The notes under the pieces are model-generated. The model was not told the origin of the DNA and made no database searches. It worked only from the letters and a program-made list of their open reading frames with translations. From positions 64,001 to 128,000 of the IMG/VR virus record IMGVR_UViG_3300017917_002814: a stretch of 64,000 bases of DNA; one strand, 5' to 3'. Origin of the DNA: a virus. Every line of letters starts with the position of its first letter. The first letter of the stretch is position 1. The position numbers and the translations under genes were made by a program. Positions 1-9,749 of this stretch are shown here, piece by piece.

Positions 1-64
1 CTAATATTTCTTCACGTAAATTTTGATATTGCCTAGCAATACCGAAGAATGGAATTACAGTCAT
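1..64 (-). CDS. 5' end of a probable DegT/DnrJ/EryC1/StrS sugar aminotransferase (runs off the window)
   Basis: Manual translation MTVIPFFGIARQYQNLREEIL matches the typical DegT N-terminus (IPF..L..QY..L..EI); ATG overlaps the stop of the upstream epimerase. Confidence 0.55.
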   Translation of the reverse strand, partial: MTVIPFFGIARQYQNLREEIL

Positions 65-1029
65 AGCCTAGATTGCCAATATTTTGATCGTTTAAACCAT
101 TCATAATAACGTATGAAACCTTCTTCAACATTTACAGTTGGAGTAAAATCAAAATCTTTTTTTGCACTGCTAATGTTCAATCGGCCTCGTTTGGGAAAAC
201 TAAAATCTCTATCATAAACTTCAATTGATCCTTGTCCTGCAATAGAAATAGCCAGTTCGGCCGCATCCATAAGCGTGTATTGTTTTTCTGCTGATCGTGT
301 AATATTATAAATTTTATTTGCACTGTTCTTGCTCAGTGTGGCTTGAACAATTCCCAATGCAGCATCTTCCACATAAGTAAAATCCAACACTTCGCCGGGT
401 CCTTTGACTTTTAATGTTTCACCACGCATGGCACCTAACATAAATTTAGATACTACCCGATCTTCTACATCCAGTTCTCCATACACTGCACTTGGACGAA
501 TAATTACATATTCAAACCCATACTGACGAGCATAGTCTTCAACAAGTTTTTCGCCCATGTATTTCATAATGCCGTACTGTCCAATTGGTTGGCAGATAGC
601 ATCTTCGGTTACATCTGTTTCAAAGTCTCCGTAAACCATACTTGAACTAACATAAACAAAACGTTTTATTTTAAATGTTTTTGCTGCTTCTAATAGATTT
701 ATCAAACCAGTGGCCATTACTTCACTAGCCACAACAGGATTCTGTCCTACAACTTTTTGTCTAGGAAAACTAGCAAGATGAATTATGGTGTTACAGTTAA
801 AAACACCAATTCTTCTTTTAATATCCTCAGTATCACGAATATCTCCTACCAGTGGTGTACATCTAATTTTTTTTAGACGTTCGCCTATTAAATAATTTAA
901 TTCTTCTTGAGGAATAAAATCATAGTTAGTTCGATTATCAACACCAAAACAGTCAACTCCATGTTGTTCTAAAAATTTAACAACATTATGACCAATAAAG
1001 CCAGCACTACCAGTTATAAATATTTTCAT
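61..1029 (-). CDS. NAD-dependent sugar epimerase/dehydratase (extended SDR)
   Basis: ITGSAGFIG Rossmann motif, SSSMVYG, YGIMK (YxxxK), DFTYVED. Confidence 0.9.
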   Translation of the reverse strand: MKIFITGSAGFIGHNVVKFLEQHGVDCFGVDNRTNYDFIPQEELNYLIGERLKKIRCTPLVGDIRDTEDIKRRIGVFNCNTIIHLASFPRQKVVGQNPVVASEVMATGLINLLEAAKTFKIKRFVYVSSSMVYGDFETDVTEDAICQPIGQYGIMKYMGEKLVEDYARQYGFEYVIIRPSAVYGELDVEDRVVSKFMLGAMRGETLKVKGPGEVLDFTYVEDAALGIVQATLSKNSANKIYNITRSAEKQYTLMDAAELAISIAGQGSIEVYDRDFSFPKRGRLNISSAKKDFDFTPTVNVEEGFIRYYEWFKRSKYWQSRL

Positions 1030-1056
1030 AAGATTTTATATAATTCTTCCGCGAAA

Positions 1057-1287
1057 TTATTTGAATTTTAGAGCAAAATAGGTTTGTGCTTCGGGACTAA
1101 GGTCTCCGGTTATAACCACGCGGTACCCAAAGTTTGCAAAATCTTGCTGAATATGAAATGTGGCCTCACCTTTTACATTCTGCATTACCCAACGACCTTT
1201 ATCAGTATCTTGCCATTCACTAATAGGAAATGCCGCATAAAGATACGGATCTTCTACATCGCCCATTATAAACTCGTGTAATATCAT
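1057..1287 (-). CDS. small hypothetical phage protein (W..N...F.LK family)
   Basis: 76-aa ORF overlapping the thyA stop; resembles the ORFs at 4811 and 7705. Confidence 0.6.
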   Translation of the reverse strand: MILHEFIMGDVEDPYLYAAFPISEWQDTDKGRWVMQNVKGEATFHIQQDFANFGYRVVITGDLSPEAQTYFALKFK

Positions 1288-2201
1288 ACTGCCATTTTGG
1301 CCTTTATGGCATCGTGTGATTGATAGTTTTCTAGGCGAATATCTGACATAGTAAATTTGGTTATATCTGATATTTCAGTATTCAACCATAGTCGTGGAGC
1401 AGGTAATGGTTCACGCTTTAGCTGTTCATTTACCTGTTCTATATGATCCAGATATATATGTGCATCGCCGAGAACGTGAACGAACTCGCCTACTTGCAAA
1501 CCACACACTTGAGCAATCATGTGTGTGAGTATACTATAGCTCGCGATGTTAAAAGGAACACCTAGAAACATATCGCAGGATCGCTGATACATCTGGCACG
1601 ACAGCCGACCATCGGCCACATAAAACTGTGCAAAACAATGACATGGCGGTAATGCCATTTGATCAAACTCACCGGGGTTCCAAGCTGTAAGTATATGCCT
1701 ACGACCATGCGGATCTGATTTAATTCCTTCCACCAAGGACTTTAATTGATCAACTTCGCTTACTTCTATATTGTTTCCTGTTCTACGATAGGTGGAACCA
1801 AAGCTGTCTTTGAATGTACCGTTAGGTTCTCTTTGTTTAACTTTACGCCAGTGACGCCACTGAACGCCATACACACGGCCTAAATCGCCGTCGTATTTGG
1901 CCTTGGATTTCCAATACGGGGCTAGTGCATTAGGTGTCCAGATAGTAACTACACCATCCCTAGTACCGTGCGTGATTTCTGCTAACCTGCGTTCGTCACC
2001 GGAGCCTTCGATCATCCATAGCAGCTCACCCACACAGGCCTTCCATGCAAACTTCTTAGTAGTAATAGCAGGAAATCCTTTTGATAAATCATAACGCTGC
2101 TGCATACCAAACTTGCTTATGGTACCTACGCCCGTGCGATCATCTCTGCGTGTTCCTGTTTCTAAAACATCACGCAATGCCGTTAAATATTGTTGTTCCA
2201 T
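1284..2201 (-). CDS. thyA: thymidylate synthase
   Basis: DRTGVGT, LGRVYGVQWR, ALPPCH (catalytic Cys), YQRSCDMFLGVPFNIASY, GDAHIY. Confidence 0.97.
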   Translation of the reverse strand: MEQQYLTALRDVLETGTRRDDRTGVGTISKFGMQQRYDLSKGFPAITTKKFAWKACVGELLWMIEGSGDERRLAEITHGTRDGVVTIWTPNALAPYWKSKAKYDGDLGRVYGVQWRHWRKVKQREPNGTFKDSFGSTYRRTGNNIEVSEVDQLKSLVEGIKSDPHGRRHILTAWNPGEFDQMALPPCHCFAQFYVADGRLSCQMYQRSCDMFLGVPFNIASYSILTHMIAQVCGLQVGEFVHVLGDAHIYLDHIEQVNEQLKREPLPAPRLWLNTEISDITKFTMSDIRLENYQSHDAIKAKMAV

Positions 2202-2711
2202 TTATAAGGGTCTAAAAATATCTACATTTTTGTAGATACTAAAGTTTAACATCTTATCTGTGCTAGGTCTACTGCTTATGATTCTCATTCCAACCATAAA
2301 TGCACGGAGATCAATTCTAGTATCGCTAAATGCTGCACCTTTGCGATGAGTGACATATGCGTAATCTATAAGATCCTTGCAATCCATAATAAGTTCAGGA
2401 CCACCTAGTATGAATATTTTTTTATCAGGAAATAGTTCTCTAAGTTCGCGTATCTGTTTTTTGTAATCACCAGACAAACGTCTTATACTAGGATGCCCTA
2501 TGATTGGTCTACTACTAACAACGCAATTGATCCGATCAGGTAACGGTTTTCGCATTTTAGGGTCATCCCATGTTTTACGACCCATTACAACAATTTGATC
2601 TAGAGTGTGTTCTCTAAACCAAGCCATGTCCTCGGGATTCAAGGGCCACGGCAATGTACCTCTATTACCAAATGTTCCCATTTGGTCGGTGGCAAAAATA
2701 GTGCAGATCAT
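2202..2711 (-). CDS. folA: dihydrofolate reductase
   Basis: G.LPW...ED...F, VVMGRKTW, PLPDR.N.V, ILGGPEL; adjacent to thyA as in T4 frd-td. Confidence 0.92.
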   Translation of the reverse strand: MICTIFATDQMGTFGNRGTLPWPLNPEDMAWFREHTLDQIVVMGRKTWDDPKMRKPLPDRINCVVSSRPIIGHPSIRRLSGDYKKQIRELRELFPDKKIFILGGPELIMDCKDLIDYAYVTHRKGAAFSDTRIDLRAFMVGMRIISSRPSTDKMLNFSIYKNVDIFRPL

Positions 2712-2717
2712 TTTATA

Positions 2718-3545
2718 TTATAATCTTTCTGGTAATGATTTGTTAAATTCAAAAGGAATTCCTTTCAATAATTTTTCATTTATTGTGTTTACCCAGTCTA
2801 TGGTTGATTGTGATAATTTTATATTTTTAAAAGTATTTTTTATGATTTTTAAGTGTTCAATTGGTGTCGGATGTAAATCAATAACGTTTTCAGTAAAGTA
2901 TAAATTTTTATTTGTAAAAACTTCGTCAATGAATGATTTAACTTCGTGATTTATTTCATGTGAGTAGTCTGCACTATTATAACTAAAAACATTATCAAAA
3001 GTAGGCCAATCGCTTCCTGATAATTTATCGTATAATTTTTTTATATCGTGTTCTGCATATCTTAGTATTTTTTTTGAAGTTGGTTTATAATTGATGTTTA
3101 TAATTTTTTCAATAGTTGATTTATACAGTTGTCCTGCCCTTGAATTGCAATCATAATCAGACCAACATAACATGATAAAGTTTATTCCTGCTGTATTTAA
3201 AAGTTTTTCTATCCCTGAAAAATATCCGTAGTTTATTATTTCAAAACCATCTGGACAATTTGAAGGATTTACTAGATCTAAGTCATGTATACAGTTCCAT
3301 TGATTGGTGTGATAGAAGTCAGTTCTAGTAATTCCTGACCACATTATAATAAATGTGTCATCGTCACTAATAGTATTTCTAGTAAGACATTCAATAATTG
3401 AATTATAAATGAATGCATTTCCGGCACTTGATTTGCCCCAATTTTCAAATTTTGAAAATTCTTTACCTAATATATCTGCCCAAGTTGGGTAAGCATAAGA
3501 AGTCATACTACACCCAAATGTGTACAGATTACCTCGAAAGTTCAT
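2718..3545 (-). CDS. SGNH/GDSL-like hypothetical protein
   Basis: N-terminal FGCSMT, G.SSAGN block and C-terminal DLHPT; AT-rich. Confidence 0.55.
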   Translation of the reverse strand: MNFRGNLYTFGCSMTSYAYPTWADILGKEFSKFENWGKSSAGNAFIYNSIIECLTRNTISDDDTFIIMWSGITRTDFYHTNQWNCIHDLDLVNPSNCPDGFEIINYGYFSGIEKLLNTAGINFIMLCWSDYDCNSRAGQLYKSTIEKIININYKPTSKKILRYAEHDIKKLYDKLSGSDWPTFDNVFSYNSADYSHEINHEVKSFIDEVFTNKNLYFTENVIDLHPTPIEHLKIIKNTFKNIKLSQSTIDWVNTINEKLLKGIPFEFNKSLPERL

Positions 3546-3881
3546 TTATAGATTTTTTAGTAATTCATCAGTAGCTGGTTGCACTGCCTTTTGAACTGCC
3601 GACACGCTGATGTAAAAATCAATATCTTCTATTATATAATCTAATGTAGATAATTTTGTTTTTAACATTTTTTCTAAAACGTCAGGATCGTTACCTTCAT
3701 CAAGTAATTCTTTGATATTGATATTTACAATTGTGCCGTCAGTGAGATTGACTGCAACACTTTCTAATAGGGCAATAGGAATCTCTTTTTTTTCCACTGA
3801 ACGCAGTATTGATTCCCATTGTGCTTTTGAATTTAAATTAAGCCGCTTGCTTCTTTGTTTTTTTGGTTTGTGTTCCGGCAT
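3546..3881 (-). CDS. hypothetical phage protein
   Basis: 111-aa ORF in the operon, abutting its neighbours. Confidence 0.65.
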   Translation of the reverse strand: MPEHKPKKQRSKRLNLNSKAQWESILRSVEKKEIPIALLESVAVNLTDGTIVNINIKELLDEGNDPDVLEKMLKTKLSTLDYIIEDIDFYISVSAVQKAVQPATDELLKNL

Positions 3882-4512
3882 CTTCTACCTTTGGACTTAG
3901 GCTTTGTGCTTCTGCTTTCAATCTTTCTGCTTCTGCCAATAACTGTTTTGCACTGGCTTCCATTTTTTGCGCTTGCTCTAACCGTTGAGCAGCTAAGTCT
4001 GAATCAGATAGCATGCCTGATAACATTTCCGCAGCACTGGTATTACCCTGGGCCTCTCTTGTGCGTCGCTCGCCTATCTCTTTAATTTCTGCTCGTCTAG
4101 GAGCCTGCTTGCCAGTCATGCCGCGGCTGGCATCTAGCTCTTGCAATTTTTTTAGAGCTTCTTCGCCTTTGGTCATTTCGTCCATGATATCGTTTAATTC
4201 ATCTAACCGAACACTTGAGTTTGACGTTGGTGTAACTAGAACTTGATTGGTGGGAACTTTTTTCATCAATCCATTACGATGTAGGCTCTCTAAACAGTTG
4301 TTTCCGTCGGCCATAATTGTTCTAAACAGCACATCGCTTAGTTCTTTGGCCTCTTGACCTTGTGGACTTTCTAGTGCTCGCATCACTTCATCGTGAATCA
4401 TTCTAGGAAGTAAATCACTGTAAACTACTAGGGCCATATGCTCTAAATCTGGAATTTTTCGAAAAACAATTACACATCGTTTATCGTTGTGCTTACCAAC
4501 GTGCTTTAACAT
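3838..4512 (-). CDS. hypothetical phage protein with C-terminal coiled coil
   Basis: 224-aa ORF with AGGAG SD upstream. Confidence 0.75.
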   Translation of the reverse strand: MLKHVGKHNDKRCVIVFRKIPDLEHMALVVYSDLLPRMIHDEVMRALESPQGQEAKELSDVLFRTIMADGNNCLESLHRNGLMKKVPTNQVLVTPTSNSSVRLDELNDIMDEMTKGEEALKKLQELDASRGMTGKQAPRRAEIKEIGERRTREAQGNTSAAEMLSGMLSDSDLAAQRLEQAQKMEASAKQLLAEAERLKAEAQSLSPKVEDAGTQTKKTKKQAA

Positions 4513-4529
4513 TTGAATTCTCCTTGATT

Positions 4530-4751
4530 TTATTCGGACTGATCCGCAGTGGGATCTGCTGGTGTCTGTTTATTTATGGCGCCACTTGCTTCTAAAAATT
4601 TTAGAAGTTTGTCGTATACTGCACCAACTGCGCTGAGTTCTTCGGCTTTGATAGCACCGCGTTCGCTAGTCACTCTAATTAGATTTAATAACAATACTAA
4701 ATCTGCTAGTGCCAGGCTGGGTGGTTCGGGGGTTTGTGAATTTTGATCCAT
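4530..4751 (-). CDS. hypothetical phage protein
   Basis: 73 aa; GGAG SD and TAAATA motif upstream. Confidence 0.65.
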   Translation of the reverse strand: MDQNSQTPEPPSLALADLVLLLNLIRVTSERGAIKAEELSAVGAVYDKLLKFLEASGAINKQTPADPTADQSE

Positions 4752-4810
4752 TTGTTCTCCATTAAAGTTATATATTATTTAATGAAGAAATAAATGCTGT
4801 ATATTTTTTA

Positions 4811-5125
4811 TTAGTAGTATGATTGTTGTATTTGATCTAAACAAAGACTGAACATGCTAGCTTCGCCGGGCAATTCAAACGCAGCACAAGCAGTCATTCC
4901 TATTGATCCGCTTGCGGTCGTATAATAAATATCGCCGAACCAAAACCGTCCTTCAAAGTTTTCCCAAATCCAATCAGATATTTGTTTGTTAGAATTTCTT
5001 AGTTCAAATTTTACCTGAACAAAGTGAGGCGGGCAACGATCCATTTCTCTGAGTCCGTGTACTGAGAGTGGATTGGCTTCTCCGTTACGTAACATTTTTG
5101 TTGCCTGCGGTTTCGTCTGTAACAA
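4811..5125 (-). CDS. small hypothetical phage protein (W..EN...F family); likely start MLRNGEAN near 5095
   Basis: DWIWENFEGRFW...AFELPGEASMFSL. Confidence 0.6.
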   Translation of the reverse strand: MLQTKPQATKMLRNGEANPLSVHGLREMDRCPPHFVQVKFELRNSNKQISDWIWENFEGRFWFGDIYYTTASGSIGMTACAAFELPGEASMFSLCLDQIQQSYY

Positions 5126-5372
5126 TTAAAATTTTGTGTTCATCTGCAGCAATACTAGAATCTGGACGCACAATTCGATCCTTTAAGAATTCGTTTGATT
5201 GTGTTATCCAAGTGCTCAACATTTCTCGTTGTCCAGTAATCTCCACAATTTCAGCTGCGCGAGTAATATCCTCTAAGGCATCCTCTGTACGCATCAGCCG
5301 ATCTTCAAGTTCGGAAATAAGTTGTTTTACTTTTTTACTGGCTTTAATCGCTTCAAGATCGACAGGTTCCAT
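5085..5372 (-). CDS. hypothetical protein
   Basis: 95-aa ORF, translationally coupled. Confidence 0.6.
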   Translation of the reverse strand: MEPVDLEAIKASKKVKQLISELEDRLMRTEDALEDITRAAEIVEITGQREMLSTWITQSNEFLKDRIVRPDSSIAADEHKILIVTDETAGNKNVT

Positions 5373-5776
5373 TACACATGTTCCTTTTTGAGAGTTTTGA
5401 AAGTTTCTGCTCGGGCTTTATTGTATACGATTTTTTCTAATCTTGCAATTTCTTTCTTTTCGTATTGTGTACGGCGCTGATCGGTCATTGCACCAATTAG
5501 ATTGTCGTATTTTCTAGACCAACGAACGCCATCTAAAAAGTTTTCAACATCACTCAACGAACCCACAAACAAACAGGCATCACGACTATACACCGGTAAC
5601 CTATCGTCCTTGGGATACAAAGCAATTACATCAATACTGCCATCACCAAATTCGTGATGCGGACGTCTGCCCAATCTAAAACCAAAGAAATCAGCAAGTT
5701 GGCGAACTTGATCAACACGCTCGATCATGTTCATACCAACGGCCACTGCTACATGTTTCATAGTTCTCGTTTCCAA
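5372..5776 (-). CDS. hypothetical protein
   Basis: 134-aa ORF in the operon. Confidence 0.6.
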   Translation of the reverse strand: METRTMKHVAVAVGMNMIERVDQVRQLADFFGFRLGRRPHHEFGDGSIDVIALYPKDDRLPVYSRDACLFVGSLSDVENFLDGVRWSRKYDNLIGAMTDQRRTQYEKKEIARLEKIVYNKARAETFKTLKKEHV

Positions 5777-5976
5777 TCAAAGCCAACATAGTATTCCATC
5801 ATGACCTCCATAGCATCACGATAGCGATAGTTATGTTCAAGATCCTGTCGCTGATATTCTTGCAAAGTTTCTGCAGATTCCAGATTCTCAATATCTGAAC
5901 AAAGACCTTTGTAGTCTTGGACGAGAATACTTTTGATAATACCATCTACTGCTTCACTGTTTAAATCTACTATCAT
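5758..5976 (-). CDS. hypothetical protein
   Basis: 72-aa ORF, ATGA overlap. Confidence 0.6.
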   Translation of the reverse strand: MIVDLNSEAVDGIIKSILVQDYKGLCSDIENLESAETLQEYQRQDLEHNYRYRDAMEVMMEYYVGFDWKREL

Positions 5977-6146
5977 TTGGCCATCCTTTCCTTTCTGCAG
6001 GCTTCTTTCATTGCATTAGTATAGTCGGGACTGATTTCTGCTATACTACAATCAATGGTGCGCTCTTTAACTGGATAAGTTGCCATAGCCACAACTACAG
6101 CAATAGCAATAGCTATAGCAACTAAAATAAATTCTTTGGTTATCAT
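5973..6146 (-). CDS. small membrane-anchored protein (not in ORF track)
   Basis: Manual translation MITKEFILVAIAIAIAVVVAMATYPVKERTIDCSIAEISPDYTNAMKEACRKERMAK; fills the gap with ATGA overlaps at both ends. Confidence 0.6.
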   Translation of the reverse strand: MITKEFILVAIAIAIAVVVAMATYPVKERTIDCSIAEISPDYTNAMKEACRKERMAK

Positions 6147-6409
6147 TTGATATTATCCTTTTTAAGAATATCAAAAACTTGCTCGTCGTGCTTGACAAAA
6201 TCTTTCCAAATGTTTCGAGCACCCCACCATAAGAACATTATAATAGCAACTGCATTGGCACCAAGGGCAATACTCCAAAAGATATTACGGGTAGTACCTT
6301 CACCGGCAGTAAATCCTGCACTCAATGTAAATGCTGTGGTAAACAGCAATACCTCAAACCAACCGCACTTACTGATAAACCATTTGATAAAACGCCCAAA
6401 TTTTTTCAT
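6143..6409 (-). CDS. two-TM membrane protein
   Basis: MKKFGRF... with two hydrophobic segments; start reassigned to the ATG overlapping the upstream stop. Confidence 0.6.
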   Translation of the reverse strand: MKKFGRFIKWFISKCGWFEVLLFTTAFTLSAGFTAGEGTTRNIFWSIALGANAVAIIMFLWWGARNIWKDFVKHDEQVFDILKKDNIK

Positions 6410-7656
6410 TATCTTCCTTTCGCAGCTTCTTCGTAGTGTGCCCAGATACCCCATGGTGGTTCGCAACCTGGGTTGCCTTTGATGATCCAAACAGTTTCGC
6501 AGTACTGCTCATCACCCCACTCACCAAATGGCATACCGTCAGTAAACATAATGAACTTTTTAGGTTCAATGTTTTCAGACTTCATGAACTCCCAATTAGC
6601 CATAAAATCAGTGCCACCACCACCCATGGGTTCGTAGTTCATGATATCGTCGATGTTGTCTGAAGTATAAGTCTGCATGTTATAAATCTCAGTGTCAAAG
6701 CACCACAGTGTGATCTTGTACTCATCAAACGCCTCCATGATACCTTTGATCTCACCCAGGAATGCACGACTGTCTTCTTCGCTAATTGAACCTGATTGGT
6801 CCATCGCAATACAGATGTCAATCATGTCACCGGGCTTGAGTCCGGGTAGTATAGCATCTATGTGCCAACTACGACGACTCGGGCGAGCCCAAGTAAAGTC
6901 ATTTTTAATTACGGCTGTAATCTGTTGCTGCAATAGTTCTTTCCAACCAATAACAGGTGCTGTAATGTCTTTAAGTAAACGCTTGACACCAGCGGGCAAG
7001 TTACCCGCACCCGCCGCCTGTGCAGCACTAATTACAGCACCCTTGATCTCATCGCGGATAGCCTGTGCTTCTTCTTTGCTTAGTTTTGGCTTACCTGATC
7101 CGTCTTGGCTGTCGCCATCGCCTTCCTCTTCAAGGTGATCGTCTAGCAACATTTTTTCAAGTTGTTCTAAATTTATCTTGTCTGCATTTTCGTACAAGTA
7201 ATCGTATACTTCTTCATAACTTTGGCCTTTGAATTTAGAATCAAACAAGATTGGTACTACGGATATCTTCTCGCCGATACGCTGTTCTACTAGGTCTTGG
7301 TTGACACAGTAGTCAGCAGCGATATTGCTCAGTCGCGGTTGTCGATCACCGCGACGACCCATGTGATCATAAACCGCATGCAAGATCTCGTGTCCGACTA
7401 GGAACTCGAGTTGTTTTAGCGGCATTTTGTTTACAAACTCACTATTATAATAGAACTTGCGTCCGTCTGTGGCAGCGGTTCCGCACCACTCATCCGCATT
7501 AGTCAGTGTCATACGGGTAGCCAACTGTCCAAAGAACGGAGCCTTTAGTAGCAAGCCAATACGTGCTGTAGTCAGTTTCTCGCGGGCCGCTGCATCTGTG
7601 CGCGAATCAGTTACGGTTACTACTTTTTGTTTATCAATTACAGTAGAATCTGCCAT
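6409..7656 (-). CDS. DUF2201-like metallopeptidase plus VWA-domain protein (MoxR partner)
   Basis: TAATDG, HEILH (HExxH), C-terminal MIDAS DQSGS, GGGTDF, FTDG. Confidence 0.88.
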   Translation of the reverse strand: MADSTVIDKQKVVTVTDSRTDAAAREKLTTARIGLLLKAPFFGQLATRMTLTNADEWCGTAATDGRKFYYNSEFVNKMPLKQLEFLVGHEILHAVYDHMGRRGDRQPRLSNIAADYCVNQDLVEQRIGEKISVVPILFDSKFKGQSYEEVYDYLYENADKINLEQLEKMLLDDHLEEEGDGDSQDGSGKPKLSKEEAQAIRDEIKGAVISAAQAAGAGNLPAGVKRLLKDITAPVIGWKELLQQQITAVIKNDFTWARPSRRSWHIDAILPGLKPGDMIDICIAMDQSGSISEEDSRAFLGEIKGIMEAFDEYKITLWCFDTEIYNMQTYTSDNIDDIMNYEPMGGGGTDFMANWEFMKSENIEPKKFIMFTDGMPFGEWGDEQYCETVWIIKGNPGCEPPWGIWAHYEEAAKGR

Positions 7657-7679
7657 TACTACTCCTTATTGTGTAATAC

Positions 7680-7708
7680 ATTATAGCGCGAACGGGATTT
7701 ATAGTCAA
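7680..7708 (-). promoter_or_regulatory. sigma70-type promoter
   Basis: TTGACT-17 nt-TATAAT, followed by AAGGAG SD. Confidence 0.8.
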
Positions 7709-7998
7709 GTGGTCCATTTTAGTTGCAAATGTGCCAATGTCGCATCATCAAAAACATACAAAAGGGGTTTGTTGTCTTTAGTGTTATAATGCCATGCCCA
7801 TTTAGGCATTGCAAGTGTCCTGTCATATATAAGGTCGTATAACTCTCGCTCACTACTAGGACCGTAGTTTTCCCACAACCAATCTCGCATGGCACTATAA
7901 TTGCTAAATCGCCAAGACCCCCTAGGAAATTCTATACGATAATCAAAGTTATCGTTACCTGCATAACGATGATCTAGTTTAACAATTTTATAGTTCAT
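7705..7998 (-). CDS. small hypothetical phage protein (W..EN...LKW family)
   Basis: MRDWLWENYGP...LQLKW. Confidence 0.6.
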   Translation of the reverse strand: MNYKIVKLDHRYAGNDNFDYRIEFPRGSWRFSNYSAMRDWLWENYGPSSERELYDLIYDRTLAMPKWAWHYNTKDNKPLLYVFDDATLAHLQLKWTT

Positions 7999-8001
7999 AA
8001 T

Positions 8002-8036
8002 AAAAAGGAGGACTTACGGATCTAGATCCTGCCTCC
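8002..8036 (-). terminator. probable intrinsic terminator with interrupted stem
   Basis: GGAGG-CA-GGATC-TA-GATCC-GTAAGT-CCTCC followed by TTTTT on the minus strand, just after the MoxR stop. Confidence 0.55.
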
Positions 8037-8054
8037 ACCTCACACGCGACTCGA

Positions 8055-9161
8055 TTACTTACTTGAACCTGCTGCGGCTAACACATACTTGCCAAAACGT
8101 TGATGGAACTCATCAAAACTAGGCATCTTGCCCGGAACCATTGGCAGATTGTATGTGGTCAGTGCAACTCGCGCACCCATAACAGTGACTTCGGTAGTAA
8201 AGTTATCCATCATGAACCGGAGGAAGTTGTCGGCCATCTTATGAAACTCGGCAATCTTGTCCTTGCCGTTCTTCTGATAATAGTCTTGCAGTTCGTAACA
8301 CATTGAGGTAGTCAGCGAGTACATGGCCGAGATTTCTTTGGTCTTGAGTTCTTTAACTTTACCCGCCAGGATGTCTTCGGGCTTGGGCAGTTGACCCGAA
8401 ATCTTACGATGCGCCATAAACTTGACCGCAGTGCCTTCGCCTACACAGCCTGCAATGAGGTCTGTAAGTTCAGCATTAGTAGTGTCTTCGTCTTTACAAA
8501 AATCGCTAGCAAAGGTCCACGAGCGTGGAGTAGCAAAAGAACGCGAACTAGAGCGCGGATCAAAGTCAAACATGTCACTCTTAGCGAACGACAGATAACC
8601 TACAACATCCGCATGGATCTTGTTTTTAACAGCCCAAGTCTGCCAAGATTCAAAGTCAGGGCGAACCTCCAAGTGTACAAAACGATTGGCAAGCGGACTA
8701 GGCATACGATATGTAACACCCTTGTCGCTATCTCTATTACCCGCTGCCACCATAACTACATTGTCTGGCAAGTGATATTTGCCAATGCGGCGATTCAAAA
8801 TCAACTGATATGCTGCGGCTTGCACTGCTGGCGCAGCCGAGTTCATCTCGTCCAATAGCAACACTACAATTGGATACTGAGCCGCTAGTTCTTCATCGGG
8901 CAAGTCAATAGGCGGCGCCCAATCCATAAGTCCTCTATCTTTGTTATAGAAAGGAATGCCGCGAATGTCTGTGGGCTCAACTTGCGACAATCGCAAGTCG
9001 ATCATGTAGCCACCTAACTCGTTGGTGATGTCAGCTACAACTTCGCTCTTACCAACGCCGGGCGGACCCCACAAAAAGATTGGACGCTTGTTTTTAAAGC
9101 ATCGTAAAATACGACTGCGAGCTTCTTCGGGCGTCACAGTACGGGTTTCAGTTACTGCCAT
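8055..9161 (-). CDS. MoxR-like AAA+ ATPase
   Basis: Walker A GPPGVGKS, Walker B LLLDEMN, AAGNR, PLANRF; near the VWA gene. Confidence 0.9.
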   Translation of the reverse strand: MAVTETRTVTPEEARSRILRCFKNKRPIFLWGPPGVGKSEVVADITNELGGYMIDLRLSQVEPTDIRGIPFYNKDRGLMDWAPPIDLPDEELAAQYPIVVLLLDEMNSAAPAVQAAAYQLILNRRIGKYHLPDNVVMVAAGNRDSDKGVTYRMPSPLANRFVHLEVRPDFESWQTWAVKNKIHADVVGYLSFAKSDMFDFDPRSSSRSFATPRSWTFASDFCKDEDTTNAELTDLIAGCVGEGTAVKFMAHRKISGQLPKPEDILAGKVKELKTKEISAMYSLTTSMCYELQDYYQKNGKDKIAEFHKMADNFLRFMMDNFTTEVTVMGARVALTTYNLPMVPGKMPSFDEFHQRFGKYVLAAAGSSK

Positions 9162-9193
9162 TTATATTCTCCTTCGTCAACGTGTGAAACATT

Positions 9194-9237
9194 ATTATAG
9201 TATAATCGTGAATAAGTGTCTGTGGCTTTTACGCAAC
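9194..9237 (-). promoter_or_regulatory. sigma70-type promoter with adjacent GTTGC-N6-GCCAC operator-like site
   Basis: CAGACA-17-TATAAT (9194-9222); GTTGCGTAAAAGCCAC at 9222-9237. Confidence 0.65.
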
Positions 9238-9249
9238 AGACACTCATTG

Positions 9250-9717
9250 TTAGAAGCAAACCTTACCAGCTTCGCGCTTGGCTGCAAGCTTGGCATCGCA
9301 TTTGGCAAAGAATGCAACTGCCTTAGCCGCGTCACGCTTGTATTGTGCAAACGACACAACTGGCATGCCAACTACCTCGCGCTCTGCCATAGCCTTTGCA
9401 TATGCTTCTTTAGTTGGCTCGTCAGATGTAGTCGCTTTAACTGACTTTACTGTGACTTTGACAGTCGCAGCCTTTGCAGGCTTAGCCGCAGCTGACTTGG
9501 GTTTGGCGGCACGAACCGGCTTGGTGGCAGTCATGCCTTGTGCATTGAGGTAATCAATTGCAGCTTCTTTAGCCATTGTAAACGGCAGCTCAATCATGTT
9601 TACTTCTGTGCAACCAAAACGCTCAAGTGCTTTAGCACGATTTGCATCGTTAGCAAATTTGTAAACAACAGCACCGTTCTCAACACAGGTGCCAGCAAAA
9701 GCAAAAAGTTTGGACAT
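9250..9717 (-). CDS. hypothetical Ala/Lys-rich early protein
   Basis: 155 aa with its own promoter and AAGGAG SD; histone-H1-like AKPK/AAKP stretch. Confidence 0.7.
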   Translation of the reverse strand: MSKLFAFAGTCVENGAVVYKFANDANRAKALERFGCTEVNMIELPFTMAKEAAIDYLNAQGMTATKPVRAAKPKSAAAKPAKAATVKVTVKSVKATTSDEPTKEAYAKAMAEREVVGMPVVSFAQYKRDAAKAVAFFAKCDAKLAAKREAGKVCF

Positions 9718-9749
9718 GAATTACTCTCCTTATTAGTTACTGTACCACT

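Noticed and set aside
1284-2201. ThyA as a dCMP hydroxymethylase or other base-modifying paralog
   Set aside because: It keeps the dUMP-specifying Asn (PFNIASY) and is paired with DHFR; the ~25-aa insertion lies in a variable loop
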